Assembly: GCA_964384675.1 (NCBI GenBank)
Contig: CAYLNK010000001.1
Coordinates: forward strand, 5,518 to 69,517
Direction: 5' to 3'
Length of the DNA: 64,000 nucleotides
Origin: an uncultured Holophagales bacterium
GTDB taxonomy: Bacteria > Acidobacteriota > Thermoanaerobaculia > UBA5066
Part shown: one piece after another, positions 28,624 through 37,224 of the stretch
Layout of the letters: each line of letters begins with the position of its first letter
Position numbering within the stretch: the stretch's first letter is position 1
Made by a program: the position numbers and the translations under genes
The notes under the pieces: model-generated
Seen by the model: the letters and a program-made list of their open reading frames with translations, nothing else
Told to the model about the DNA's origin: nothing
Database searches by the model: none

Positions 28624-30635
28624 GTCCGCCTCCAGCGGGGTCGGGCGAGCCGCACCACCGCGCCCGCCAGGAGGGCCGCGGGCAGGAAGCCGTTGACCGC
28701 GATCCAGGCTCCGTGCGCGGGGTCGAGGTAGCGGAAGTAGGTCTGGAACGCGTAGAGAGAGACCGTCTCGGTGGAGCCGCCCGGGCCGCCGCCGGTCATC
28801 ACGTAGACGATGTCGAAGGCGCCGTACGCCTGGACCGCGCGGAAGAGCGCCGCCGCCAGGATCGACGGCGAAAGGAGCGGCAGGACGACGTGCCAAAAGC
28901 GCGGCCATGCGCCGAGCCCGTCCATCCGCGCGGCCTCCAGCACCTCGCCCGGGATCCCCTGCAGGCCGGCGAGGATGATCAGCGCGACGAATGGCGTTGT
29001 CTTCCAGACGTCGGCCACCACGAGGGCCGCCATCGCGGTGCCGGGCGAGCTCAGCCAGGCGATGGGCCGCGAAACGAGACCGAGGCGTCCGAGGAGGTCG
29101 TTCGCCACGCCGAAGGAATCGTTGAAGATCCAGGCCCACGCCAGGGCCATCACCGCGGTGGGGAGCGCCCAGGGCAGCAGCGTGAGGGCCCGTACGAGTC
29201 CCCGGCCGCGGAAGCGAAGGTGGAGGAGCAGCGCGATCCCGAGGCCGAGGAGCGTCTCGAGCCCCACCGACGCCGTCGTGAAGAGCGCGGTGTTCCGGAG
29301 CGACGAGAGGAACCGCCCGTCGCGCCACGGCCGGAGGGCTCCGCTCTCGGCCCCGCCCGGCGCCAGGAGGAGACGCGTCTCCCGGGCCGCGGCGCCGAGG
29401 GCCTCGGACGGGGTCGCGAGACCCGCGAGGGCGGCGCTCAGGTGTCGCTGGAGGATGTCCGACGCCATCGCGTAACGGGGGATCACGGGGCGCGCCAGCG
29501 CCGCCTCGTGGATCCGCAGAAGCTCGGGAAGGAACGGATTCGCGGCGAGGAGCGTCGGGTCGCGGTACGCCTCGGCGAGCGCGGGGGCGTAGCCCGTCTC
29601 GCGACAGAGAGCCCGCTGGCCGGGGAGCGACACCACGTGACGGATGAAGTCCATCGCGAGCCGGGGGTGACGGCTGAAGCGTGAGACGCCGAGGCCCCAG
29701 CCGCCGAGAGTCCCCGCGCTCTCGCCTCCCGGCGTGTGCACCATCGGGACGACCCCGACCTTGCCGGCCACCGGCGAACCGGGCGCCTGGGCGAGGCGCC
29801 AGACGTACGGCCAGTTGCGCAGGAAGACCGCGCGGCCGTCCTGGAAGAGCCGCCGGCTCTCGTCCTCCTTGTAGGCGGTCACACCGGGCGGGCTGATCGG
29901 GTCCTGCCCGGAGCGGCACCTGCGGAGGAACTCGAGCGCCTGGGTGGCCTCCTTCCGGTCGAGGCCGACCTCCAGCGTGTCGGGGTTGACCCAGAAGCCT
30001 CCGAAGCCGCGCAGGACCTCCTGGTAGTCGCACACCAGCCCCTCGTACTGGCTTCCTTGCCACACGAAGCCCCAGAGCGCGGGTGGCTTCTGGAGGGCGC
30101 GCGCGGCCCGCTCGAGGTCGTCGAACGTGAGCGGCGGGGGGAGCCCGGCGGTCTCCAGGAGGTCTCGGCGATAGAAGAGCACGCCGACGTCGGTGCGCAC
30201 CGGGATGCGGTACAGGTGCCCGCGATAGCGGCCCGCGTCCACCGCCGCGGGCAGGAGCCTCGCGAGGTCGCCGGCGGGGAAATCCGCCTCCAGCGGGAGC
30301 AGCCACCGCGCGAACTTGGGCGTCCACGTCACGTCCATGTAGACGAGGTCGAGGGACTCGTCGCCCGCCACGAGCGAGGACGTGTAGAGGTTCTCGCGCA
30401 GGTCCGTGGCGTTCGGACCCTCCACGACGTCCACCGCGACACCGGGACGCGACGCCTCGAAGTCCTTCGCGATCCGGACCCAGACGTCCCGGTCGCTCGC
30501 GAGGACCAGGAACGAGAGGCGGCGCGTCTCGCCGGGCGGCCCGTCCGCGCGGACGGGGAGGGCCGCTGCCACGATTGCCGCGGCGGCCAGGAGACGCGTC
30601 GCGAGTCGGCGAACGGTCGTGGCGCCGGGCGTCAT
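28620..30635 (-). CDS. Natural fusion of a family-1 extracellular solute-binding protein to a MalF/UgpA-type permease (671 aa).
   Basis: N-terminal signal peptide MTPGATTVRRLATRLLAAAAIVAAALPVRA and an SBP_bac_1-like domain of ~420 aa run uninterrupted into permease TM2-TM6. The permease part carries the EAA loop EAARMDGLGAWPRFWHVVLPLL. The usual TM1 and first periplasmic loop are absent. Confidence 0.75.
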   Translation of the reverse strand: MTPGATTVRRLATRLLAAAAIVAAALPVRADGPPGETRRLSFLVLASDRDVWVRIAKDFEASRPGVAVDVVEGPNATDLRENLYTSSLVAGDESLDLVYMDVTWTPKFARWLLPLEADFPAGDLARLLPAAVDAGRYRGHLYRIPVRTDVGVLFYRRDLLETAGLPPPLTFDDLERAARALQKPPALWGFVWQGSQYEGLVCDYQEVLRGFGGFWVNPDTLEVGLDRKEATQALEFLRRCRSGQDPISPPGVTAYKEDESRRLFQDGRAVFLRNWPYVWRLAQAPGSPVAGKVGVVPMVHTPGGESAGTLGGWGLGVSRFSRHPRLAMDFIRHVVSLPGQRALCRETGYAPALAEAYRDPTLLAANPFLPELLRIHEAALARPVIPRYAMASDILQRHLSAALAGLATPSEALGAAARETRLLLAPGGAESGALRPWRDGRFLSSLRNTALFTTASVGLETLLGLGIALLLHLRFRGRGLVRALTLLPWALPTAVMALAWAWIFNDSFGVANDLLGRLGLVSRPIAWLSSPGTAMAALVVADVWKTTPFVALIILAGLQGIPGEVLEAARMDGLGAWPRFWHVVLPLLSPSILAAALFRAVQAYGAFDIVYVMTGGGPGGSTETVSLYAFQTYFRYLDPAHGAWIAVNGFLPAALLAGAVVRLARPRWRRT

Positions 30636-30644
30636 GGCGCAACC

Positions 30645-32258
30645 CTACACGGCGGTCCCGGCAGCCGGCACCAGGTGGATCGTCCGGGTCGGGAACGCGA
30701 ACGAGCTGCCCTCCGACTCCACGATCGCCATCAGCTCGAGGAGCATCGCCTGGCGGATCCCCAGGAACTCCCCCCAATCGGTCGTGAGGAACCAGGCCAT
30801 GACGAGGACGTTCAGCGAGGAGTCGCCGAACCCCTGGAACGCCACGGTCACCGAATCGGGCCAGATCTTGGGGTGCTCGCGCAGCGCCGATTCGATCCGG
30901 GCGAGGATCCGGCGCATCTGGTCGGAGCTGGTGTCGTAGGTCAGGCCGATGTCCACCGCCAGCCGCAGCCGGTCGCGCTCGGCGAACGACTCGATGCGCT
31001 GCTCGGCGAGCCGTCCGTTCGGGATGGAGACGAGCGTGCGGTCCAGGGTGCGGATCCGCGACGACCGCAGGCCGATCCGTTCCACGACCCCGAAGACGTC
31101 TTCGACCTTCACGAGGTCTCCCTCGCGGAATGGCTGGTCGACCCCGATGGAGACGGAGCCGAAGAGGTGCTCCACCGTCTTCTGCGCCGCCAGCGCGAGG
31201 GCGAGGCCGCCGATTCCGAGCCCGGCGAGGAGGCTCGCCACCGGATAGCCCAGGGTCGCGAGGGCCGAAACGACGGCGAGCGCCGAGAGCAGGACCTTGG
31301 CGATCCGGGTCGAGAGAGGCACGAGCCCGCGGACCGAGGGCCGCTGCGCGGCCCACGTCGAGCCGGTGACCGCCTGGCCGGTGAGGTCCACCGTACGGAG
31401 CGCGGCCCAGAAGACCACGAGGAGGAGGCCGGAGACGCGGAGGCTCCCGACGAAACGCTGTGCCGGGGCGTAGAGCGAAAGGGCGGCGAGCGGAAACGGA
31501 ACGACGACGAGGCTCCAGGCGAGCGCCAGGGGGCGCCCCAGGCGTGCGAGGAGCGTGTCGTCGAGCGTCGACTCGGACCGCGCGGCCATGCGCCCGAGCA
31601 GCGTGGTCGTGACTCTCCCGAGCGGCAGTCCGGCGCCGTAGCTCAGGAGGAGGACGAGCGGGAGCGCGAGCCACTGCCACCACAGGAGCTCGCCCGGGCC
31701 CGGCCTGAGGAGCGGCGCCGGGAGGTGCTCGAGCACCCACCGGTTCCCCACGGCGCCGTACTGGACGTCGATCCGGCCGACGGTGGCACGCGTGAAGAGC
31801 CAGCGGGCTCCGTCCGGTCCCGAGCGCCTCACGAGCCTCACGGGCTGACGGACCCCGCCGGCGAAGGGGAGCGTGGTCAGCTCCTCGACGCCCGCCGGCA
31901 GCCCGTCGTCTTCTCGGCCCTCCGGGAGCGCCGAGAGGTCGTCGGGCTCGAGCCACACGTGGGCGTCCAGAACCGCTTTCAGCCGGCGCGCCAGCTCGGG
32001 GCCCCGGGACACGTCCGCCGCGGGAAGCTCGAGGTATCGGGCCGCCTCCTCCCACCGTCCCGCCCGCGCCAGCTCGAGATACGAGATCACGGCGGCACGC
32101 GGGGAATCGGGCGAAGGGCGGTCCGCGGGCTCGGTCGCGGCTGGCGTGGGCTCGGGAGGACCTGCCGCCCGGAGGGGCGGCCCGAGGATCACGGCGAGCG
32201 CCAGGACGCTCGCGACGCGCACGCGGCCATGGCGGGGGAGCCGAACGGGGGGCGTCAT
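30645..32258 (-). CDS. Mechanosensitive ion channel, MscS family, with an N-terminal periplasmic domain.
   Basis: 537 aa. Signal/TM then periplasmic region. TM helices lead into the MscS core (...GIGGLALALAAQKTVEHLFGSVSIGVDQPFREGDLVKVEDVFGVVERIGLRSSRIRTLDRTLVSIPNGRLA...). Confidence 0.85.
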   Translation of the reverse strand: MTPPVRLPRHGRVRVASVLALAVILGPPLRAAGPPEPTPAATEPADRPSPDSPRAAVISYLELARAGRWEEAARYLELPAADVSRGPELARRLKAVLDAHVWLEPDDLSALPEGREDDGLPAGVEELTTLPFAGGVRQPVRLVRRSGPDGARWLFTRATVGRIDVQYGAVGNRWVLEHLPAPLLRPGPGELLWWQWLALPLVLLLSYGAGLPLGRVTTTLLGRMAARSESTLDDTLLARLGRPLALAWSLVVVPFPLAALSLYAPAQRFVGSLRVSGLLLVVFWAALRTVDLTGQAVTGSTWAAQRPSVRGLVPLSTRIAKVLLSALAVVSALATLGYPVASLLAGLGIGGLALALAAQKTVEHLFGSVSIGVDQPFREGDLVKVEDVFGVVERIGLRSSRIRTLDRTLVSIPNGRLAEQRIESFAERDRLRLAVDIGLTYDTSSDQMRRILARIESALREHPKIWPDSVTVAFQGFGDSSLNVLVMAWFLTTDWGEFLGIRQAMLLELMAIVESEGSSFAFPTRTIHLVPAAGTAV

Positions 32259-32278
32259 CGCCCCACCTTAGCGCGACC

Positions 32279-32294
32279 TTCGTTTGACCTCAAA
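32279..32294. promoter_or_regulatory. Palindromic motif tCGTTTGAccTCAAAC, copy 2 of 3; about 25 nt upstream of the mscS start codon and just downstream of marR.
   Basis: Perfect inverted repeat GTTTGA-cc-TCAAAC, AT-rich, in the 67-nt mscS upstream region. Confidence 0.4.
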
Positions 32295-32325
32295 CCATCA
32301 CCGGCTCGGCTTCGCGACCGGCACC

Positions 32326-32871
32326 TCAGCCCGCGCCGGAGCCCTTCTCGTCGCGACGCTTTCCGGCGTCCCTCCGAAGCCCCCGTTCCAGGGACCCGGC
32401 GAGCGACGCCAGCACCTCGCTCGTGACGGCGATACTCTCGGCGGGAATACGGGCGAGGGCGCTCTCGACGGCCGCCTCGATCGTTCCGGCCGAGCGCCTG
32501 TCCACCGCACGCCCCTTGGCGGTCAAGCTGAAGAGCGCCAGGCGGCCATCCCGGGGATCGCCCTTTCGCTCGACGAAACCGCCCTTCTCCAGGCGCGCGA
32601 GGACCCCGCTGAGCGTGCTGGGGTGAAGGAGGATGGTCCGGGCGAGCCGCCCGGCCGGGATCCCCGGGAAGCTCCCGATGATCCGGATGGCCAGCCGCTG
32701 CGGCCCGGTGACGCCGACGGAGCGCAGCATCCGTTTGGAGCTTCGTTGCAGGCCGTGGTCGAGCGCCCACAGCAGCCGCAGGAACTCGAGGGCGCTCCCG
32801 AGCGGCGGGACGTCCCGCTCCGCGGCGGACGTCCGCCGGCGTGCGCCTGGGGGGGACTTCAGGGACGACAT
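32326..32871 (-). CDS. MarR-family transcriptional regulator.
   Basis: About 181 aa. Winged-HTH region ...LRLLWALDHGLQRSSKRMLRSVGVTGPQRLAIRIIGSFPGIPAGRLARTILLHPSTLSGVLARLEKGGFVERKGDPRDGRLALFSLTAKG... The 5' end of track ORF 32326..35478 is artefact. Confidence 0.8.
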   Translation of the reverse strand: MSSLKSPPGARRRTSAAERDVPPLGSALEFLRLLWALDHGLQRSSKRMLRSVGVTGPQRLAIRIIGSFPGIPAGRLARTILLHPSTLSGVLARLEKGGFVERKGDPRDGRLALFSLTAKGRAVDRRSAGTIEAAVESALARIPAESIAVTSEVLASLAGSLERGLRRDAGKRRDEKGSGAG

Positions 32872-34994
32872 GGCGCGAGGATTTTTGCACGCCGGATCGA
32901 GCTCGTTGCCCTGAGGGCGACCCCGGCGATTCCCGCTGCGACGGCCCACCAGCCGGGGAGGCTGAGCGGATCTCGAGGGGGCGCTGGCGGAGCGATCCGC
33001 CGCGGCAGACGCTCGAACACCACGAGCGCAGGAGGCTGCCCAACCTCTCCCAGCGGCCGGCCAACGCCGCCGGGGAAACGTCCCTCGAGGACGGGAAGCA
33101 GGTCCCTCTCGTCGTACAGCAGGACCGCGGCCGGCGGCGTGAGATCCAGGCGCCCGCTCAGGACGTCCTGGCGGGTCGCGTCGCGGCCGTTCTGGTCCGC
33201 CCCGAAGAAGCGGAACGGATGCTCGCTCCAGCGGAACTCGTGGCTCACGAGGTAGACCCGAGAGCCGGAGGGGAGAGCATCGACGTATCGCGCTCCCCGG
33301 GCGCGGGGACCTTCGCCGCTGCTGGCGAACCCGACGTAGACCTCCCAGTTCTGGATTCCGAGCGGGACCAGACCTGCGACCAGGGCCGCGACGCCGAGCC
33401 GCCGTGAGCTCGGGCCGTCGGGCAGGAGACCGGACACGGCCTGAACCGCCCCCAGCGCCGCGAGGAGAGACACCGCCGGAAGGGCGATGTTCAGGTGCGG
33501 CCAGTACGGCGGATCGGCCGTGAGGACGCCTCCCAGGAAGAGCGTCAGAAAGACCCACAGGACGGCGACCGCGCGCGACAAGTTCCTCGGCCGGGCCAGG
33601 GCGAAGCCGGTTCCGAGGACGAGGAAGATCGAGGCCGGCGCACTGACCATCGGACGTCGCAGGCTGAAGTGGGGGCTTCCGTCGCCGAACAGGTGGAACG
33701 TCAGGAAGGTGTCGCGCGCCTGGTAGAGGAGGACCTCTAGGACGCTGCCCGCCTCGTACTTCGCCATCGTGTGCGAGAGGACGTACGGGTTCCAGATCGC
33801 GACCTCGGTGCCGCGCCCGGCGAAGGATGCGAAATCGGTGGCCGGGATCGCGATCTTGGGACCGAAGACGACCAGCGTCGTCGTCGCGAGAAGCGTCCAG
33901 CCGCGCCAGGCCCGCCTGAACCCGCCCCGGTCGAAGAGCGCCTGCCAGAGGGCGGTGGCGGCGACCAGTACCGGCCCGACCCGGCTGGAGTCGTAGTTGA
34001 ACAGTCCGAACGACAGAACGGCTCCCGAGAGCGCGAACGCGAGCGGCGCCCCGGTCCTGAGCCCCGCGATGAGGAGCACCAGCGCGAGCGTGAGGCACAG
34101 CGTGGCGATCGGCCCGAACAGCGTACGGCTGAAGTGGATGTGGGTGTAGCTGATGGCGAGCAGCCCGGATGCGACGAGCCCTTCGGCTCGCCCGAACAGG
34201 GCCCGGCCGAGGAGGTACAGGATGGGGATGGTCGCGGTCCCGGCGAGCACCGAAGGCATGACGAGCCCGTAATAGTCCCGACCGAACAGGCGCATGCCGA
34301 GCGCGATCACCTGGTGCATGGAGGCGGGGTGCTGCGAGGCGGCCAGGCCCAGCCACCGGCCGGGCTCCGTCGCCATCATCTCGAGCGTGACGTTCCCCAT
34401 CAGGGCGATGTCGGGATGGACATGCGCCGGCAGGTCGGCGACGTCGTGGCAGCGGAGCCAGAAGCCCGCGAGCGTGACGACGGAGACGAGGCCCCACTCC
34501 CACGCCGGATGGCCCACGACCCCGAGGAAGCGCCGGTCTCTCAGGGCGATAGGGAGCAGGAGCAGGACGATCGCCGCCAGCCAGAGCCACCTCACTCCGG
34601 GTGACTCGCCGGAGCGGACGAAGAGCGTGACGGAGCTGGCGTAGCAAAGCCCCGAGGCCGCGAGCGCCGCCGCGATGGCGGGGCTCCGCGCGCCGCAGAT
34701 CGCCTGCGTCGGGACAGTCAGCGAGCCGATCGTCCCGTGCGCCTGAAACGCTCTGGTGGCCGCGGCGACTCCGGCCAGGAGAAGGAGAGAGGCCGCCGTG
34801 TAGCGGGGCGGCCAGTCCCAGGTCTGGGTGTCCCGGTTCCGGGTCAGGAGCTCGCCCGTGAACAGGTACTGGGCCACGAACGCGAGCGCCAGGGCGACCC
34901 CGATGAGCAACGGCCGCCGCCGGTCGGGGCCCGGCCCCACGGCAGCCAGGATGTTGCCCGGTGCGAAGACCGTCGCCTCGTCGCTGCTCCGCAC
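32859..34994 (-). CDS. Large polytopic membrane protein, putative GT-C-fold glycosyltransferase (ArnT/PMT/GT39-like), with a C-terminal periplasmic domain.
   Basis: 711 aa, at least 12 hydrophobic helices, with an Arg/Asp-rich first loop. It overlaps the marR start by about 13 nt. The family assignment is weak. Confidence 0.45.
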   Translation of the reverse strand: MRSSDEATVFAPGNILAAVGPGPDRRRPLLIGVALALAFVAQYLFTGELLTRNRDTQTWDWPPRYTAASLLLLAGVAAATRAFQAHGTIGSLTVPTQAICGARSPAIAAALAASGLCYASSVTLFVRSGESPGVRWLWLAAIVLLLLPIALRDRRFLGVVGHPAWEWGLVSVVTLAGFWLRCHDVADLPAHVHPDIALMGNVTLEMMATEPGRWLGLAASQHPASMHQVIALGMRLFGRDYYGLVMPSVLAGTATIPILYLLGRALFGRAEGLVASGLLAISYTHIHFSRTLFGPIATLCLTLALVLLIAGLRTGAPLAFALSGAVLSFGLFNYDSSRVGPVLVAATALWQALFDRGGFRRAWRGWTLLATTTLVVFGPKIAIPATDFASFAGRGTEVAIWNPYVLSHTMAKYEAGSVLEVLLYQARDTFLTFHLFGDGSPHFSLRRPMVSAPASIFLVLGTGFALARPRNLSRAVAVLWVFLTLFLGGVLTADPPYWPHLNIALPAVSLLAALGAVQAVSGLLPDGPSSRRLGVAALVAGLVPLGIQNWEVYVGFASSGEGPRARGARYVDALPSGSRVYLVSHEFRWSEHPFRFFGADQNGRDATRQDVLSGRLDLTPPAAVLLYDERDLLPVLEGRFPGGVGRPLGEVGQPPALVVFERLPRRIAPPAPPRDPLSLPGWWAVAAGIAGVALRATSSIRRAKILAPCRP

Positions 34995-35170
34995 GCCGGG
35001 TCAGCTGGCCGTCACGTGGAATTGGCCGCGCCGTCTCAGATGACCCCTGCGGGACGCGGTGCGACGCTCGCCCGCTGCCAGGAGCGGAGCGAACCGGGCC
35101 GGAGCGAAGGGAGCCGTCACCGGGTATGGCACGTTCTCGATCTCTCCTGGCGCGCGATCGTAGGCGCATT

Positions 35171-35186
35171 TCGTTTGATGTCAAAC
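35171..35186. promoter_or_regulatory. Palindromic motif TCGTTTGAtgTCAAAC, copy 3 of 3, in the divergent promoter region between the GT-C-like gene and the MpgS-like gene.
   Basis: Perfect inverted repeat GTTTGA-tg-TCAAAC, about 90 nt upstream of ATG 35276. Confidence 0.4.
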
Positions 35187-35275
35187 TATCGAAGGTCCTC
35201 TGCGGTCCGGTCCGGTCGCGGCGCGCGGTTCCGAACGGGATTCGCCCGGTCGCCCGGGCCGGGCCACAATCAGGC

Positions 35276-36496
35276 ATGAGCGATTTCGCGCAGAACGGCA
35301 TCGTCACCACGCTCACCCGGCTCGGGAACCGACCGCTCGTGGAGCTGGAGGACGCGCTCGTTCGCCACACCCGGCGCAACCGGGCCGCGCTCCTGATCCC
35401 CTGTCTCGTGTCGGAGCTCGACCGTCCGGCGCTCGCTCGCATTTGCGACGAGATCTCCCGGGCGCCGTACCTCGACACGGTCCTGATCTCCCTCGACCGG
35501 GCCGACGAGGCGGGCTACCGGCGTGCCCTGGACTACTTCCGGGCGGTCAAGCGGCGGACCGTCGTCCTGTGGAACGACGGTCCCGGGGTGACGACGCTGG
35601 TCGAGAAGCTGGCGCGAGCGGACCTCCAGCTCGGCGAGCGGGGAAAGGGCCGGGCCTGCTGGATGGCGTTCGGGTACCTCCTGGCGCAAGGGAACATCGA
35701 GTCCATCGCGCTCCACGACGCGGATGTCCTCGACTACGACCGCGCGACCCTGGCGCGGCTCCTCCTGCCCGTGGCCGATCCGCTCCTGACCTTCGACTTC
35801 TGCAAGGGCTACTACGCGCGGTTCACGGACCGCCTGAACGGCCGGGTCTCGCGTCTCTTCGTCGGACCGGTGCTCGGCGCGTTCCGGGCGCTCCTGGGGA
35901 CCAATCCGTACATCGAGTTCCTCTCCTCGTTCCGCTACCCTCTGGCGGGCGAGTTCGCGCTCTCGGCCGACCTCGCCCGGCAGGTGAGGGTGCCGGCGGA
36001 CTGGGGGCTCGAGATCGGGATGCTCTCCGAGGTTTTCCGGCACCGCTCGGCCCGGCGGATCTGCCAGGCCGACATCGCCGACCGCTACGACCACAAGCAC
36101 CAGTCCCTGTCGCAGGACGATCCGGCCGTGGGCCTCCACCGCATGGCGGCCGACATCGCCCAGCACCTGCTGCGAACGCTCGCCGCGGCGGACGTCGTCC
36201 TTTCGGAGGGGGGGCTCAAGTCCCTTCTGGCGTCGTACCAGCGCCGCGCCGAGGACGCGGCCTCGAGCTTCTACGCCCTGGCCAAGGTCAACGGGCTGGT
36301 GTTCCCGAGGCACGAGGAGGAGATGGCCATCTCCACCTTCGCGCGGGCCCTCCGGAGCGGCGTCGAGCAGTTCCAGCTCGATCCTCTCGGAGCGCCGCTC
36401 ATCCCGAACTGGGCGCGTGTGCTCTCGGCGGTTCCCGACGCCGGAGACCAGCTCCTCGAAGCGGTCGTCGCCGAGGGAGGCATCCTGAACGGCTGA
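35276..36496 (+). CDS. mpgS: GT55-like glycosyltransferase, putative mannosyl-3-phosphoglycerate (or glucosyl-3-phosphoglycerate) synthase.
   Basis: Blocks similar to archaeal/bacterial MPGS: ...ALLIPCLVSELDRPALARICDEISRAPYLDTVLISLD..., GKGRACWMAFGYLLAQGNIESIALHDADVLDYD (GKGEGM...FVDADN in MPGS) with a DXD motif. The N-terminal part of track ORF 34961.. is rejected. Confidence 0.6.
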   Translation: MSDFAQNGIVTTLTRLGNRPLVELEDALVRHTRRNRAALLIPCLVSELDRPALARICDEISRAPYLDTVLISLDRADEAGYRRALDYFRAVKRRTVVLWNDGPGVTTLVEKLARADLQLGERGKGRACWMAFGYLLAQGNIESIALHDADVLDYDRATLARLLLPVADPLLTFDFCKGYYARFTDRLNGRVSRLFVGPVLGAFRALLGTNPYIEFLSSFRYPLAGEFALSADLARQVRVPADWGLEIGMLSEVFRHRSARRICQADIADRYDHKHQSLSQDDPAVGLHRMAADIAQHLLRTLAAADVVLSEGGLKSLLASYQRRAEDAASSFYALAKVNGLVFPRHEEEMAISTFARALRSGVEQFQLDPLGAPLIPNWARVLSAVPDAGDQLLEAVVAEGGILNG

Positions 36497-36523
36497 GGTC
36501 CGAAGCGTCGCGAGGCAAACCGT

Positions 36524-37222
36524 TCAGACGTGGCGGATGCCGGACTCCTCCTCCTCGGCCCGCAGCTTCTTCTCGAGCCACGCCTTGGCCAGGTCGCGGC
36601 CTCCGAGCCCGAACGCGAGCGCGAAGGTCAGCGCCAGGGATCCGGCCGTGATCGAAAAGGCCGCCACCAGGATCGACCGCCCGACGCCGAGGTGGTCGAG
36701 CGCGGCGGCGACGAACGAGATCACGACGAACAGGTAAGCGGCCCGGGCGCCGGTCCGGGCCCAGGGCAGCCCCGAGTTGACGGCTCCGAGGAGGACGCTG
36801 CGTCTCACCAGCGCACCGACCCCGAACCCGACGATCGCCAGCAGCACCGCGCCGAGGAAGCGCGGCAGGAAGCCCACTCCTTCCGAGAGGACGTCGCGGA
36901 GCGCGCCCGGCTCGAGGGCGTTCACGCCGACGGCGAGCCCGACGACGACCGCGGTCCAGAAGGACGCCTCCCCGACGACGCGCTCCGGCTCGGCGCGCAG
37001 CCCCGCGGCCCTCAGGATCTGGCGCGACGACGAGGGCTCGCCGGCTCGCGCCCGGCGCCGCACGCGACCCACCGCCTGGAGGATGGCGCGGAGCAGGACG
37101 CCTGCCGCCAGACCGACCACGAGCGAGACCGCGAGGACGGTCACCGCCGGGACGATCGAGAGGAACGCGTCGAGGAGGCGCTCCAGGGCGAGGACGATCT
37201 GGGTACCCAGGTTCTTTGCCAT
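36524..37222 (-). CDS. Small integral membrane protein with repeated 'conserved TM helix' segments (mechanosensitive-channel-related family).
   Basis: About 232 aa. MAKNLGTQIVLALERLLDAFLSIVPAVTVLAVSLVVGLAAGVLLRAIL... RBS GGAGGTGA lies 5 nt upstream of the ATG. Start is 2 nt after the upstream gene's stop. The long 5' part of track ORF (to 38086) is rejected. Confidence 0.6.
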   Translation of the reverse strand: MAKNLGTQIVLALERLLDAFLSIVPAVTVLAVSLVVGLAAGVLLRAILQAVGRVRRRARAGEPSSSRQILRAAGLRAEPERVVGEASFWTAVVVGLAVGVNALEPGALRDVLSEGVGFLPRFLGAVLLAIVGFGVGALVRRSVLLGAVNSGLPWARTGARAAYLFVVISFVAAALDHLGVGRSILVAAFSITAGSLALTFALAFGLGGRDLAKAWLEKKLRAEEEESGIRHV

Positions 37223-37224
37223 GG

